From contig NC_068986.1 of NCBI RefSeq assembly GCF_001194135.2, positions 18,228,569 through 18,267,173 of the forward strand: a stretch of 38,605 bases of DNA. The letters are read 5' to 3'. Made by a program: the position numbers and the translations under genes. Source of the stretch: Octopus bimaculoides (lineage: Eukaryota). A model generated the notes under the pieces. That model ran no database searches. It saw nothing but the letters and a program-made list of their open reading frames with translations, and was not told where the DNA came from. Below, in pieces: positions 1-11,395 of this stretch. Within the stretch, counting starts at the first letter, position 1; every line of letters starts with the position of its first letter.

Positions 1-1149
1 TATATGCAGATAAGAAAAGAATTGGAGCAACAATTAACAATTAGAAGTCTATCATTGGTATTAAATGATTGTACTATAAATTTTGTTAATAAACATTTAC
101 AGCTGTTTAAGTTTGTTATTTTTAATGTAAATTCGCATGTTTCTTGTTCCATGAAACAAACAACGTCAGAGTGATTTCAAGTTTATCGGGGTAATATAGA
201 CAGGGGAAAAAGGAAAAATGAATAGAAAAAGGAAAAACGGAAAAAAGTTCGTTAGGTCTCTAGGCTTATATTGTTGTGTCATTTAAGCCTGCACGTGTGT
301 ATACACTTCTTTTATTAGATGTATAGAGCAATAAGTGGGGAAAATGACTAGTTGAGTGGCGGTGTTAATCGAAAGAGTTATACCAGGTAGTAATAACCGT
401 TGTTGTTAATCGTAATAAGTAACGCTGNNNNNNNNNNTATATATATATAAGTACCTACGTGTGAGTGTATGTGAGTGTTTGTGCTTGTGTGTGTGTGTGT
501 GTGTGTGTGTACGTATATATGCACATGTATATATGTGAGCAATTGTGAATCAGTTTTCCAACATATATTATCGATTCTCTGTACTTTTCAATGGAAACCA
601 TTGGGATCTTTTAGGAGAGTTCCGTGCCTTTTGAATGCATTTTTATAAATGAAAACATATATACAAGCGTTGTACGTATATGTCTGTATGTGTGTGTACA
701 CCTACATAAAGTCCCCACGTTATCATTTTAATTATTACGTCATAGAAATCGGATTTTTACTTTTTTTCTTAACACTTTTAGTTATTCCGCTAACATCAAG
801 CAACACTGAAAATGTACTGATGGATTTGCATGGATTCTATCCATAGAAAAGATTCTAAGACAAATAAAGTCGGTAAGAACACGTACATTGAGAAACAAAT
901 GCCATTCTTCGTTTAAGTTTGATTACATTTTGATCAGATTGACATGAATGAGTAAACCTAAAACAACACTAGTATGATGGCCAAATGAAAATCATTTTAG
1001 AGACAACGGTCACGTATGTATTTCTTATAACTTTACATGCATTAGTATGATATAGAAAAGTGAATAAGCAATTTCCAGTAAGTTTTAATTGGTATTAATA
1101 ATCAATTCTCAATAGATTATTAATTGGTATTAACACACAAGTAGAAATC

Positions 1150-1337
1150 AGCGAGCTGAGAGAATTGTTAGCACGCCAAACAAAATGCATAGAGATATTT
1201 TGTTCCTCTTTACGTTCCGGTGAGGTTGCCTTCGCCTTTCATCATTTCGGGATGTACCAGTTGCGTACTGGGGTTTATGTGATCGACCAGTGCTATGGAC
1301 CCATGTTTCAGACCTTGTGTCTATCATAGAAAGGATT
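1150..1337 (+). mobile_element. Degenerate tRNA-headed SINE, family A
   Basis: Head gcgagctgagagaattgttagcacgcc, core gcctttcatcatttcggg..gtaccagttgcgtactgggg and tail agaaaggatt align by eye with better copies at 12333 and 34202; internally deleted. Confidence 0.7.
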
Positions 1338-1696
1338 GGTATGCAAGTATCAATGTTTCATTCCATGCGCAAAACAATATAGGTTTCACCTTATAAATAT
1401 ATTCTCGCCCGGGATGCCAACTTATGTGATATTTTATCCAGTGCAAGATTTGTGAATTCAGCTATAAAACGAGGACCTGCTGCTAGTTGAAGAGAGGTTT
1501 GGATGCGGCAAGTTCCATACAATAAACTGAAATTTTTAACTCTCCTATTTTCCTAGTGTCTCCTATTGTCTGGAGTGTTGGAAAACTTTGCGATCTGTTA
1601 ATTATTGCGTCATAAAACATATTTTCATCAATTGTTCTTACATGTTCACTGTAAGTAAATGTATACATTTACATACATTCATACATACATACATAA

Positions 1697-1743
<47 letters not shown>

Positions 1744-1922
1744 NNNNNNNNNNNNNNNNNNNNNNNNNNNNNNNNNNNNNNNNNNNNNNNNNNNNNNNNN
1801 NNNNNNNNNNNNNNNNNNNNNNNNNNNNNNNNNNNNNNNNNNNNNNNNNNNNNNNNNNNNNNNNNNNNNNNNNNNNNNNNNNNNNNNNNNNNNNNNNNNN
1901 NNNNNNNNNNNNNNNNNNNATA

Positions 1923-3170
1923 TATAGGTGTGCGCAATAACTCAGCAACTTGATTATTTCAATTATTACGTCATACTACTATTTTTACCAGTTACATTGT
2001 TCTTAAGGTTTTAACAAAATATCAGGTTGAGTAAAAAGGAAGCAACGCTTTTTACCATAAAGATTTTGTACTGAATGTTTGCAGAGCTTTGAATTGATTT
2101 TAATTTGTTTTTGTTTTTGTTTTTGTAATTTTCTGATAATATAGACATAGACTTGCCCAAATATATCAATAAATTAACATTGATATATTTTTCACCATTG
2201 TTACAATCCTATGAAATGAAACTGTCAAAGCGCGATATTCGAGCGATTTTGTTGTTCAACTACAAAGAAGGGCGTAAAGCAGCTGAAACTATTCGCGTTA
2301 TCAGCACAACGTTTGGTGCGGAATTGACCAGCGAGTGGGTCTGCTCAAAACTGGTTTAGAGGATTTTGCGGTGGAGACCTGAGCGTTAAAGATCGTGAGA
2401 GAAGTGAACGCTCATCTGTCATATGACGGTCAATTAAAGATCATCATTGAGAAAGATCCACGTAACGCCACTCGAGAACTTGCAACAGAAATTCAAGTTA
2501 GCTAGGAAACTACCTGCAACCATTTGCATGCGATCGAAAAATCAAAAGAGATCGACAAATAGGCACCACACGATTTGAATGGAAATCAGGAAATGCAAAG
2601 ATGTGACCAGACCGATGCATTTCTCGACCGCATTGTAACTTGCGATTAAAAGTGGATTCTGTACAATTATGATAAACGTTCTTCGCAGTGGTTGGGCCAA
2701 AGTGAAGCACCGAAACATTCCCTAAACCAGAGCTCTTGAAAAAGTAGGTTATGGTAACTGTTTGGTAGTGTACTGATGGATCCATGCACTATACCTTCTT
2801 AGAAGACGGAAAAACCATTCCTGCAGAAACATATTGCAATGAAATTGACAAAATGAACAAAAACCGCATCTCCTCCATACCAGACTGGTCAATTGAAGAG
2901 GGCCAATCATTCGTCATGACTCTGCTCAACCACACGTTTCACTAATTATGCTCCAGACGTTGAGGGAACATGGCTACGAAGTTCTTCCCTATCCAGCTTA
3001 TTTCCCAGACGTTTCTCCTACCGACAATCACATTTTCAAGCAGCTTGATGGTTTCCGGCGAGAGAAAGATTTCAAAAATCAAATCGATGCTAAAAGTGCG
3101 TTCAAAAACTCCATCAGCTCCGGAGTTCTAGATTTTTATGTTACCGGAATATTTACTATATATTCAACGT
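1923..3170 (+). mobile_element. Mariner DNA transposon fossil (Hsmar1/cecropia-like), transposase pseudogene 2216-~3165
   Basis: ATG at 2216 gives MKLSKRDIRAILLFNYKEGRKAAET; then DK*APHDL (WVPHEL motif), FLDRIVTCD*KW, HDSAQPH and YFPDVSPTD with exactly 34 residues between the 2nd and 3rd Asp (D,D34D). Multiple stops and frameshifts. Possible left TIR taggtgtgcgcaataa at ~1925; right TIR not found. Confidence 0.95.
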
Positions 3171-5723
3171 GATATTTGCTGATATCTTGATTGAAATTTT
3201 CCTACAGCAGACAAAGGAGGAGCACGAACGGACAGAAAGGATTGCCTCAGTTCAGAAACAAAGTCCCTTAAGTGTTATTGCATTTTCATATAGACGTCAT
3301 AAAAATGTCCTATTTTAGAGTTAGAGGATATATATATTTTTAACATGAACGTATATATTTTCTCCAGTGCTATACATACACCAATGTCTCGTAAATCATA
3401 ATGTGGTTTTGTCTTAAATATATATTTATAATATATANNNNNNNNNNNNNNNNNNNNNNNNNNNNNNNNNNNNNNNNNNNNNNNNNNNNNNNNNNNNNNN
3501 NNNNNNNNNNNNNNNNNNNNNNNNNNNNNNNNNNNNNNNNNNNNNNNNNNNNNNNNNNNNNNNNNNNNNNNNNNNNNNNNNNNNNNNNNNNNNNNNNNNN
3601 NNNNNNNNNNNNNNNNNNNNNNNNNNNNNNNNNNNNNNNNNNNNNNNNNNNNNNNNNNNNNNNNNNNNNNNNNNNNNNNNNNNNNNNNNNNNNNNNNNNN
3701 NNNNNNNNNNNNNNNNNNNTATATATATATATATGATTCTAAATAGGCAAGTAGGCACCGGCCTGGCCCTCTCGTAAGTAGTATTTTTCCGAAACATGTT
3801 TCTGGGTTCAATATAACCGCCTAGCACTTTGCACAAGTGCTTCCTGATATATACTCGGACCGGAAGGGAATGCGCGGAGAAAAAGGTATTTTCTAAGAGA
3901 GAAGAGTATGAGTGAAGGAGGTATATGTGTTGATCTCTGGCTATGTGCGTGCGTATGTTTGTAATAGCATGTGTGTGTTCGTGTGGCATTACCTGGATAC
4001 GTGTTTGTGTATGCGGATGGTGGTAACCGTGTGTGTGTGTGAATTGTGCGTGGTATTACCTGTTTGTATATTTATGTGTTAGTGGTTTTTTTGTATCTTT
4101 AATATCGTAGGAAGAATTCAGCAGCTACAGTAACAGAAGTGGTGATCTGTATAACTTTGCATTTCTTCACATTTGTGTTGATGACAGTCTGAAGGATGTG
4201 TATGCGTGTGTATATATGTGTGTGCGTGTATGTGTATGTTGTGTTTTATGCCTGTATGCATGCATTAGTCTATAAGGATTATCAGTAACACATTTATCAT
4301 ATATTCATTTTTGTGGGTTACATTGTTCTTTCCTGCAATTTTTCATCCTTCAGTTTCTACAGCTTTTATGCATAATACTCACGGTGTACATTTCCTTTCT
4401 AAGTGACACTGCAAAATATTATATTTATACTGTTTGAATAATTGTATTATGTGTTTGTAAAGCTCCTTACTGCTAATTTTCTTTGTAGCTTATAAGCTTT
4501 CAATATTCATATAATAAAACCGATCAGTAAGAGATGCTCTCGTTGCATTCCATTATATTCACAAAGTAAACTCCCATTACTAGCAAAACACGACCGGGCA
4601 ACACATCGTTAAAATATTATTTTGCCTAACTTTAACATAACATTCCATAGAGGGAGACATTTTATATAGGTTTCATTGTGAAAACTACAATTTCACAACC
4701 CTAACTGGAACCCTAAGTAAGCCAGAATACCCGTTGTTTCTGTGAAGAGGAAATAATGCATGTGAAGAGATATTCCGTTGCAATGCTCTGTCGAATATTC
4801 ACAGAACGTACCATTGCAATGTTTCGAACTAACACACACACACAAACACATATATATACTTATAATTATGAAGTAATAAGTCTGGATGGATGCAGAGAAA
4901 TTCCTCCAGCTAAGTGAAAACATAAAATATTGCAGTATTTTCGCATACAAAAAATTAATTGATATTACTTATCTGATTTACAAGTCGAGACAGAGAGCTC
5001 TGCTTCGTATTACACATTACAAAATTGTAACGACGGAAATCGATTTGAAATTCTAATTAACTGATTGTATTTCTACAAATATCTATGAACATACTACTTC
5101 GTGTAATCAATTCATGATTGAATTAAGAAACCAGAAAAAAAAAACATTACTAACGATAGAACACTGTTAAATCCGTCACATATTGGCAATTTGCAAGGCA
5201 ACAACATCCAGTTTTCAGATTTTAAAACTACGATGAAGGTTTAAAACTTAATTTACCTATAAATGCTTCGAGAACGTAATAGGGATATTCATATTTTGGG
5301 CAATCCAGAGAACGCCTGTTCTACTTCTAATGATATATGCCAAAAATTCTCTAATGATGCAAAGCCAAACAGAAATAGCACAGAGCAGGTCCATTTGAAT
5401 ACTTATTGATGTTATATACAATTACCTGCAATTTCTATTAGTGCAGTAGCACTTTTTACAAGTTAAAAATATGTTTGGCATATTCGCCCTCCGCTTCACC
5501 TTCTATGTGTGTTTAGCATCGAAAATCATAAATGTAAGAATTTTTCAGCAAAATGGACTTTACTATTTATGTGGATTAAGATGAAGTTACGTAAATGTAT
5601 TCTCATCAAATAAAAAAATAATATAGGAATATTAATAACAATGGAAAAAGAAATAAAATTTATCATCATCATCATCATCATCATCATCAGTATTATTATT
5701 ATTATCATTATTATTATTATTAA

Positions 5724-5915
5724 TATTACGTCTACCTTAGCTAAGGCGAAGGTATTATTTTCAGTCCTGTTTGTTTGTCCGTGGACAAGATATCTGAAGA
5801 CCCGTAGCATGGATTCAGATGAAACTATCAGGAATGTTTGGTCTTGTGGCTGGCAAGAAATAATTAGATTTTGGGTTCAATCCGGTGCCGGGCAAAGATT
5901 CTGGATTATTTGTTA
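5724..5915 (+). mobile_element. DINE-1/HINE-like non-autonomous element (Helentron-associated type)
   Basis: Starts ttacgtctaccttagctaaggcgaaggtattattttc (subterminal palindrome ccttagctaagg), then gtttgtttgtccgt short repeat and gatggatt-like/gatgaaact block typical of this element class; class assigned from memory of such elements. Confidence 0.55.
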
Positions 5916-6118
5916 TATTTAGTTTGGTGTACATGATTACGATCTTACGTCGACTTTCAAGTCTTTCTCTTTAGGTTATTTCCAAAGTTTTAGTTTCGTT
6001 TCTTTATTATTAATTTTACTCGCGTCTCTTTCTTAGTAGAAACTGATGGATAATGAAATCAATTTACATAAACAAACATCAACATAACCGTTCATAAATT
6101 AAATAAAACTAACATATT

Positions 6119-6152
<34 letters not shown>

Positions 6153-6962
6153 NNNNNNNNNNNNNNNNNNNNNNNNNNNNNNNNNNNNNNNNNNNNNNNN
6201 NNNNNNNNNNNNNNNNNNNNNNNNNNNNNNNNNNNNNNNNNNNNNNNNNNNNNNNNNNNNNNNNNNNNNNNNNNNNNNNNNNNNNNNNNNNNNNNNNNNN
6301 NNNNNNNNNNNNNNNNNNNNNNNNNNNNNNNNNNNNNNNNNNNNNNNNNNNNNNNNNNNNNNNNNNNNNNNNNNNNNNNNNNNNNNNNNNNNNNNNNNNN
6401 NNNNNNNNNNNNNNNNNNNNNNNNNNNNNNNNNNNNNNNNNNNNNNNNNNNNNNNNNNNNNNNNNNNNNNNNNNNNNNNNNNNNNNNNNNNNNNNNNNNN
6501 NNNNNNNNNNNNNNNNNNNNNNNNNNNNNNNNNNNNNNNNNNNNNNNNNNNNNNNNNNNNNNNNNNNNNNNNNNNNNNNNNNNNNNNNNNNNNNNNNNNN
6601 NNNNNNNNNNNNNNNNNNNNNNNNNNNNNNNNNNNNNNNNNNNNNNNNNNNNNNNNNNNNNNNNNNNNNNNNNNNNNNNNNNNNNNNNNNNNNNNNNNNN
6701 NNNNNNNNNNNNNNNNNNNNNNNNNNNNNNNNNNNNNNNNNNNNNNNNNNNNNNNNNNNNNNNNNNNNNNNNNNNNNNNNNNNNNNNNNNNNNNNNNNNN
6801 NNNNNNNNNNNNNNNNNNNNNNNNNNNNNNNNNNNNNNNNNNNNNNNNNNNNNNNNNNNNNNNNNNNNNNNNNNNNNNNNNNNNNNNNNNNNNNNNNNNN
6901 NNNNNNNNNNNNNNNNNNNNNNNNNNNNNNNNNNNNNNNNNNNNNNNNNNNNNNNNNNNNNN

Positions 6963-7203
6963 TTGACAACTATATCTGGTCTATTTGCCTTAATTTCTCT
7001 ATCTGTGTGTATTGGCATATCCCAGAGTATGGTTGCTTTCTCGTTTTCTGTGACCTTTTCTGGCGTGTGTTTATACCATCTTTTTTCTGTTGCTATTCCA
7101 TAATGTTGGCATAGTTTCCAGTGTATATAGGTCCCAGCTCTGTCGTGTCTGTGAATATATTCCTTCTTAGCCAGGATTGGGCAGCCAGAGATAATATGAT
7201 TTA

Positions 7204-7208
<5 letters not shown>
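6963..7208 (-). mobile_element. 5'-truncated R4/Dong-clade non-LTR retrotransposon fragment (zinc-knuckle end plus RLE nuclease start)
   Basis: Translates NHIISGCPILAKKEYIHRHDRAGTYIHWKLCQHYG...WDMPIHTDREIKANRPDIVV (RHD and RPD motifs of restriction-like endonuclease LINEs); runs into an N gap; clearly homologous to 15578-15810. Confidence 0.9.
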
Positions 7209-7270
<62 letters not shown>

Positions 7271-7289
7271 CATTATTATTATTATTATT
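7206..7289. repeat. (TTA)n/(TAA)n microsatellite
   Basis: Direct reading. Confidence 0.98.
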
Positions 7290-7903
7290 GAGTTTGAGTC
7301 TGAGGTCAGTTCATGACATCAAATTAGCACTGGGATAAAATATACGAAGCCCAGTATACCCATCATGACTACCCGTGCCGTAAGGGTACACCATCCACAT
7401 GAATCACATCCATATTTGCGCAACATGGTGATCTCATATCAACATGAACAACACATTACTTGCAAATGGGGTACAGTTAGAATTTTCTTGAGGTCGAGTA
7501 GCGTTTCCCGCTGAAAATGTTCCTCAATAAGGATTGTTTAAGGATGTTGAACGAAACACCCATGTTTCCAAAAGTGAATTATCTAAACCCCAAAGAATTC
7601 CTGTCGGCACATGGCTATGAGGCTCCCCCACTACTTCTGCTCGTGATCAGAGATGAACATATCGTCAGCCACTAAGGGACATGCTCAACTGGTTACGGTC
7701 AAACAACTTACAAGCAAATCTGTGATATTGAACAGCACATTTGTTGTAGCCCATCTTTTATACCAAGACAAACAATGTAGATAATAACACTTCCAGTCAG
7801 TTAAAATCAGAAGCCATGAGAACCATTTTCCGTACTGCATCAGGGCATTTTTACTGTATCAGGACATTTATACTGCATCAGGTATTGGTTTTGCATCAGA
7901 ACG

Positions 7904-7906
<3 letters not shown>
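7290..7906 (-). mobile_element. ~617-bp non-coding interspersed element with (AAT)n tail, embedded in TAA repeats
   Basis: Complex sequence of higher GC than its flanks, without ORF, bounded by (TTA)n on both sides; on the - strand ends ...cagactcaaactc(aat)n. I recall it as a repeated octopus sequence but cannot verify; strand inferred from the tail. Confidence 0.55.
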
Positions 7907-7989
<83 letters not shown>

Positions 7990-8043
7990 CAGCATCATCA
8001 TCATCAATATTATTCTTATTATTATTTATTATTATTATTATTT
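7904..8043. repeat. (TTA)n microsatellite with degenerate (CAT)/(TTA) extension
   Basis: Direct reading. Confidence 0.97.
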
Positions 8044-9262
8044 TATATACACACAACAAGAGTAGACACTAGGAAAATACTCTCCTAAGTATTCTGGCTG
8101 CCATTTACGTCGTCGGTGTTGTTGTTGTTGTTGTTGTTGTTGCTTACTTACTAACTTACTATGATGTCATCTACTATCAGATTTACTATAATTGAAACTG
8201 TTTCAGATTCTGGTAGCAATTCAACAGAGACACATACAATCAATAATAATAATGATGTTCACAAGGTATTTGATTCAGGAATCAGAGAAAAAATTGTATT
8301 CATAGCTCTTTTGACATTGATATAAAATTGCCTATTAAATCCATCACCAGTATACTTAGTGAGGCATACGGAAGTAATTAGACGTTATACAATTTGTAAT
8401 ATTATTCTGAACGTCAATATTTATCTCAATATCAAATTCTCAACAATGAAAGATCATTTGCGTACTTTTAGAACAGGAACAAAAATGTATGTCTCTTCTC
8501 AAATCTGCGTAAATTAGATTTATTGAAACAGTATCCCTCCTTTTGATTTGATTTAACTAACGTATTTATATGGTTAGAATAAAACTATAATTTGCATATG
8601 ATTTCCATTTTGTCGAAAGAACTTTGGGGTATGATAACAATTTTTTTAAAGCAAATTGTTGTAATGAATAATGTTAGATTGATTCCGATCTGTTAAGCAG
8701 CTCACACTTATGTAAGCATATCTCTGCCTGTTAGGTTATACAGTGGTAAACAACATCGTTTTCATGTTGGTCATAAATGAAGCTCATTATTGTATCCCTC
8801 TTCATATTCACACACAATTCATGGTTTTATGAAATGTATTTTGCATAGAAGATCAATGAAGTAGATTTTCGAAGAATAATTGATAACATAGCTATTGTTA
8901 ATAATCTAAATTTAATAATTATTTATTGTGATCGTGTTATTTTATTTTCATCAAATACATGGGAACGTAATCAAATTTACATGACTTTCATAAGGCTATC
9001 GATCTAATTCCAATGCGTATAATTGAATATATAACATGTTCTTTATCACGTCACTGCACTTTATTTCATAAAACGTTTCCATGCTAGATTGTATCTTAAC
9101 AGCGACCAGCAGACATGGGTTCTCTTCATTATTTTGGAATTTCATTAACAAATACCACCTCAGTATATTAGAATTTGTCTGGAAATTTCGGTTCTATACG
9201 TAGAGAAAAAACAAACAATAATTGTTTCCACAGTTGAATGTACAGGAGTAATTCGAAATAAT

Positions 9263-9510
9263 ATGTCTTCACCGAAACACTTTACTTCACGTTGCTTCAG
9301 TACATTCAACTGTGAAAATGAGTTGCAACGTCACTGGTGCCAAGCTGTATCGGCCTTTGCCTTTCCCATGGGCAACATCAGTTCCGTGGAAACTGGAGAA
9401 TAGTACTATGGAAGGATGATGGCCTTCCACGAAACAAATTATGCCTCGGACCAGAACTTTCTAGATGCAAACTCATGGCCATTCGTGAGCAAAGGAGGTC
9501 CTTACTCTTA
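9263..9510 (+). mobile_element. Headless CORE-like SINE body
   Basis: atgtcttcaccgaaacactttacttcacgttgcttcagtacattcaactgtgaaaatgag matches the reverse complement of the 27832-27981 copy (gtgtccttgagcaagacactttattttacgttgctccagtctactgagctggcaaaaatgag); continues into a different 3' part and a (GT)n tract. Confidence 0.65.
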
Positions 9511-9514
9511 GTGT

Positions 9515-9554
<40 letters not shown>

Positions 9555-9664
9555 ACGCTTGTATGTGTATATATATATATATGTATACACATGTGCATGT
9601 GTATGCGTATGTCAGAGAGCGAGATGGTATGTGTGTATATACGTATATGTATGTACTTATTACA

Positions 9665-10360
9665 GAACCATCCAATTGTTGATACCCGCCGTGTTGCTTT
9701 TGTTGGTTCTTGTAGGAAGATGCATGCAAGGACTTTGTTGATAAATTACTCCTGTCACATTTTGATCACTAGCATTGTTTTTCATGTGAATATGTCTCAC
9801 TTTCTGTGTAACTTAAAATCAAAATCTTGATTGAGAGAGTCAATGTTTCGTTGCCCGTAACTAACATGTCAAATGTCTTATTTAATCGTCATTCGATTTG
9901 CATACAGTCTTATGTTTTTGTTTTTACTGCAATGTCTTCTTTGACTGATTTCATTTCCCATCTATCTGCAATGGCATGTCCTATTGTGGAGTCACATTAT
10001 CCTTATTCGTTTGTCTTCTTACAATTTGCCAGGGGCTTTCATCTTATGCTCTCTGCTAACTTTCCAGTTCAAATGCGAATTTGTTTGCCCTTTGCAATTT
10101 GTAGAGTTGTAGGCTTACCGTAATAGCCAGGCTCAAATTTAATATCGTCATTGAAGTTATTAACAATAATGGACAAAAGAGTTTATAGTCATCATTCAAG
10201 CTGCACCTGTTCAGCTGGTTATTAGTTTCTGTTTGGTGTTTCATACCTATTGTTGCTGTGATTAAGTAAAAGTGCTTAGTGGTGTTAACACAATGCAGAA
10301 AAGCTAGTCGACAAGGACAAGTTCCATCCTCCGAAGATAAATATCTCACCGACGGATTTT
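9665..10360 (-). pseudogene. Heavily decayed reverse-transcriptase fragment of an R4/Dong-type LINE
   Basis: Frame-hopping translation gives KIRR.IF..G...LFCIVLTPLS.LLNHSNNRYE, then TLLSIIVNNFNDDIKFEPG...KGK and KSLH, collinear with the RT and post-RT region of RLE LINEs (RRGIFQGDSLSPLLFC; LHG). Many stops. Confidence 0.55.
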
Positions 10361-11271
10361 CTCTCTTCTAATCTAAAGGAATACGAAGAAACAGCAGGAG
10401 CAAACATGTATCTATAGAAATCGTGGGGCTTCCAATTAGACACATAATGGTGTATTTGTGTGCAGTCAGGCAGCGTTATGAAAACCGAAGTTGGATTCCT
10501 ATGTATTTGGTTGACAGGAAATAGAGTGATGTGTCAAGCAAGATAGGCAACCAGTGCAAGGTTGAACTGAGGTAGGTTTGGCTTACAGGCCTTTATCGTT
10601 GAGCCTTGGGACCAGGTTGTCGTAAGCTTCATTTCTAGGTACATGCTCGTGACAAAAGCCACAGGATACGAAATATTATCTGATGGGATTGTCGGAGATG
10701 CGCGCATTACAAAGGAAATTTACTGTTAGTATATGGTCAGTGCATTGTAGTTCTGACTTGTTATTTGTAGGACGAATCTAGCCATTTACCTCATTCATCT
10801 GAATATTATTACATTGTACTCCTTTTATAAGGCTGGGTAAGCCCCTTTTTTTTTGTCTGGTGTGTATGGTGAAAGGGGCTGTGTAGTAGACGATTTCAGA
10901 TGGATTGGGAGCAAGCATTTTCTGTTATTAAGCATTCGGAAACTTTTTAAATTTCCACTTGAAATGTATTACTAAGAGAGAAAGTGAAAAGTTCTCTCTG
11001 TAAACTGAACCGAATAGATTTAAGGAGGAAGAATCTACACTAAATATTTCTCTCTATTCAAGCTGAATTATATCTTCCATGTATTCCTATATCATTTTAT
11101 ATTATACATGTTCTTCTTTTTCTTTGGCCAACCCAGATTTTGTTATTGTTGGCCTTTCATACATATATTTTTTATCGCACCTGATTTTTATGTGTTCTAA
11201 GATACGTAAAGCATACTGCTTCAAGAAAATCTCCTTCGTCACACACTTTCCAAGCAAATAAAAGCAACATT

Positions 11272-11395
11272 GTCATTATCATCATCAACACCATTATCAT
11301 TATCATCAACACCATCAATATCATGATCATCATCATCATCGATCATCATCATCATCATCATCATCATCAACATCATCATCAGCAGCACCAGCAGT
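11272..11395. repeat. Compound (ATC)n low-complexity tract
   Basis: Direct reading. Confidence 0.95.

Noticed and set aside
1380-1668. 61-aa - strand ORF and adjacent GPRFIA frame, vaguely Penelope RT-like
   Set aside because: No collinear motif series; cannot be distinguished from chance.
2159-2190. Perfect 12-bp inverted repeat just upstream of the mariner ATG
   Set aside because: Almost pure A/T; plausible by chance.
3206-3275. Acceptor ttttcctacag followed by open frames
   Set aside because: No convincing donor; directly abuts the mariner and is more likely another repeat fragment.
5790-5830. ctgaaga...gaaac spacing suggestive of a hammerhead
   Set aside because: No stem II pairing; lies inside the HINE-like element.
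7829-7850. cctgatgcagtac (- strand) resembles U2 snRNA stem-loop IV
   Set aside because: Only about 9-13 nt of similarity; no other U2 sequence.
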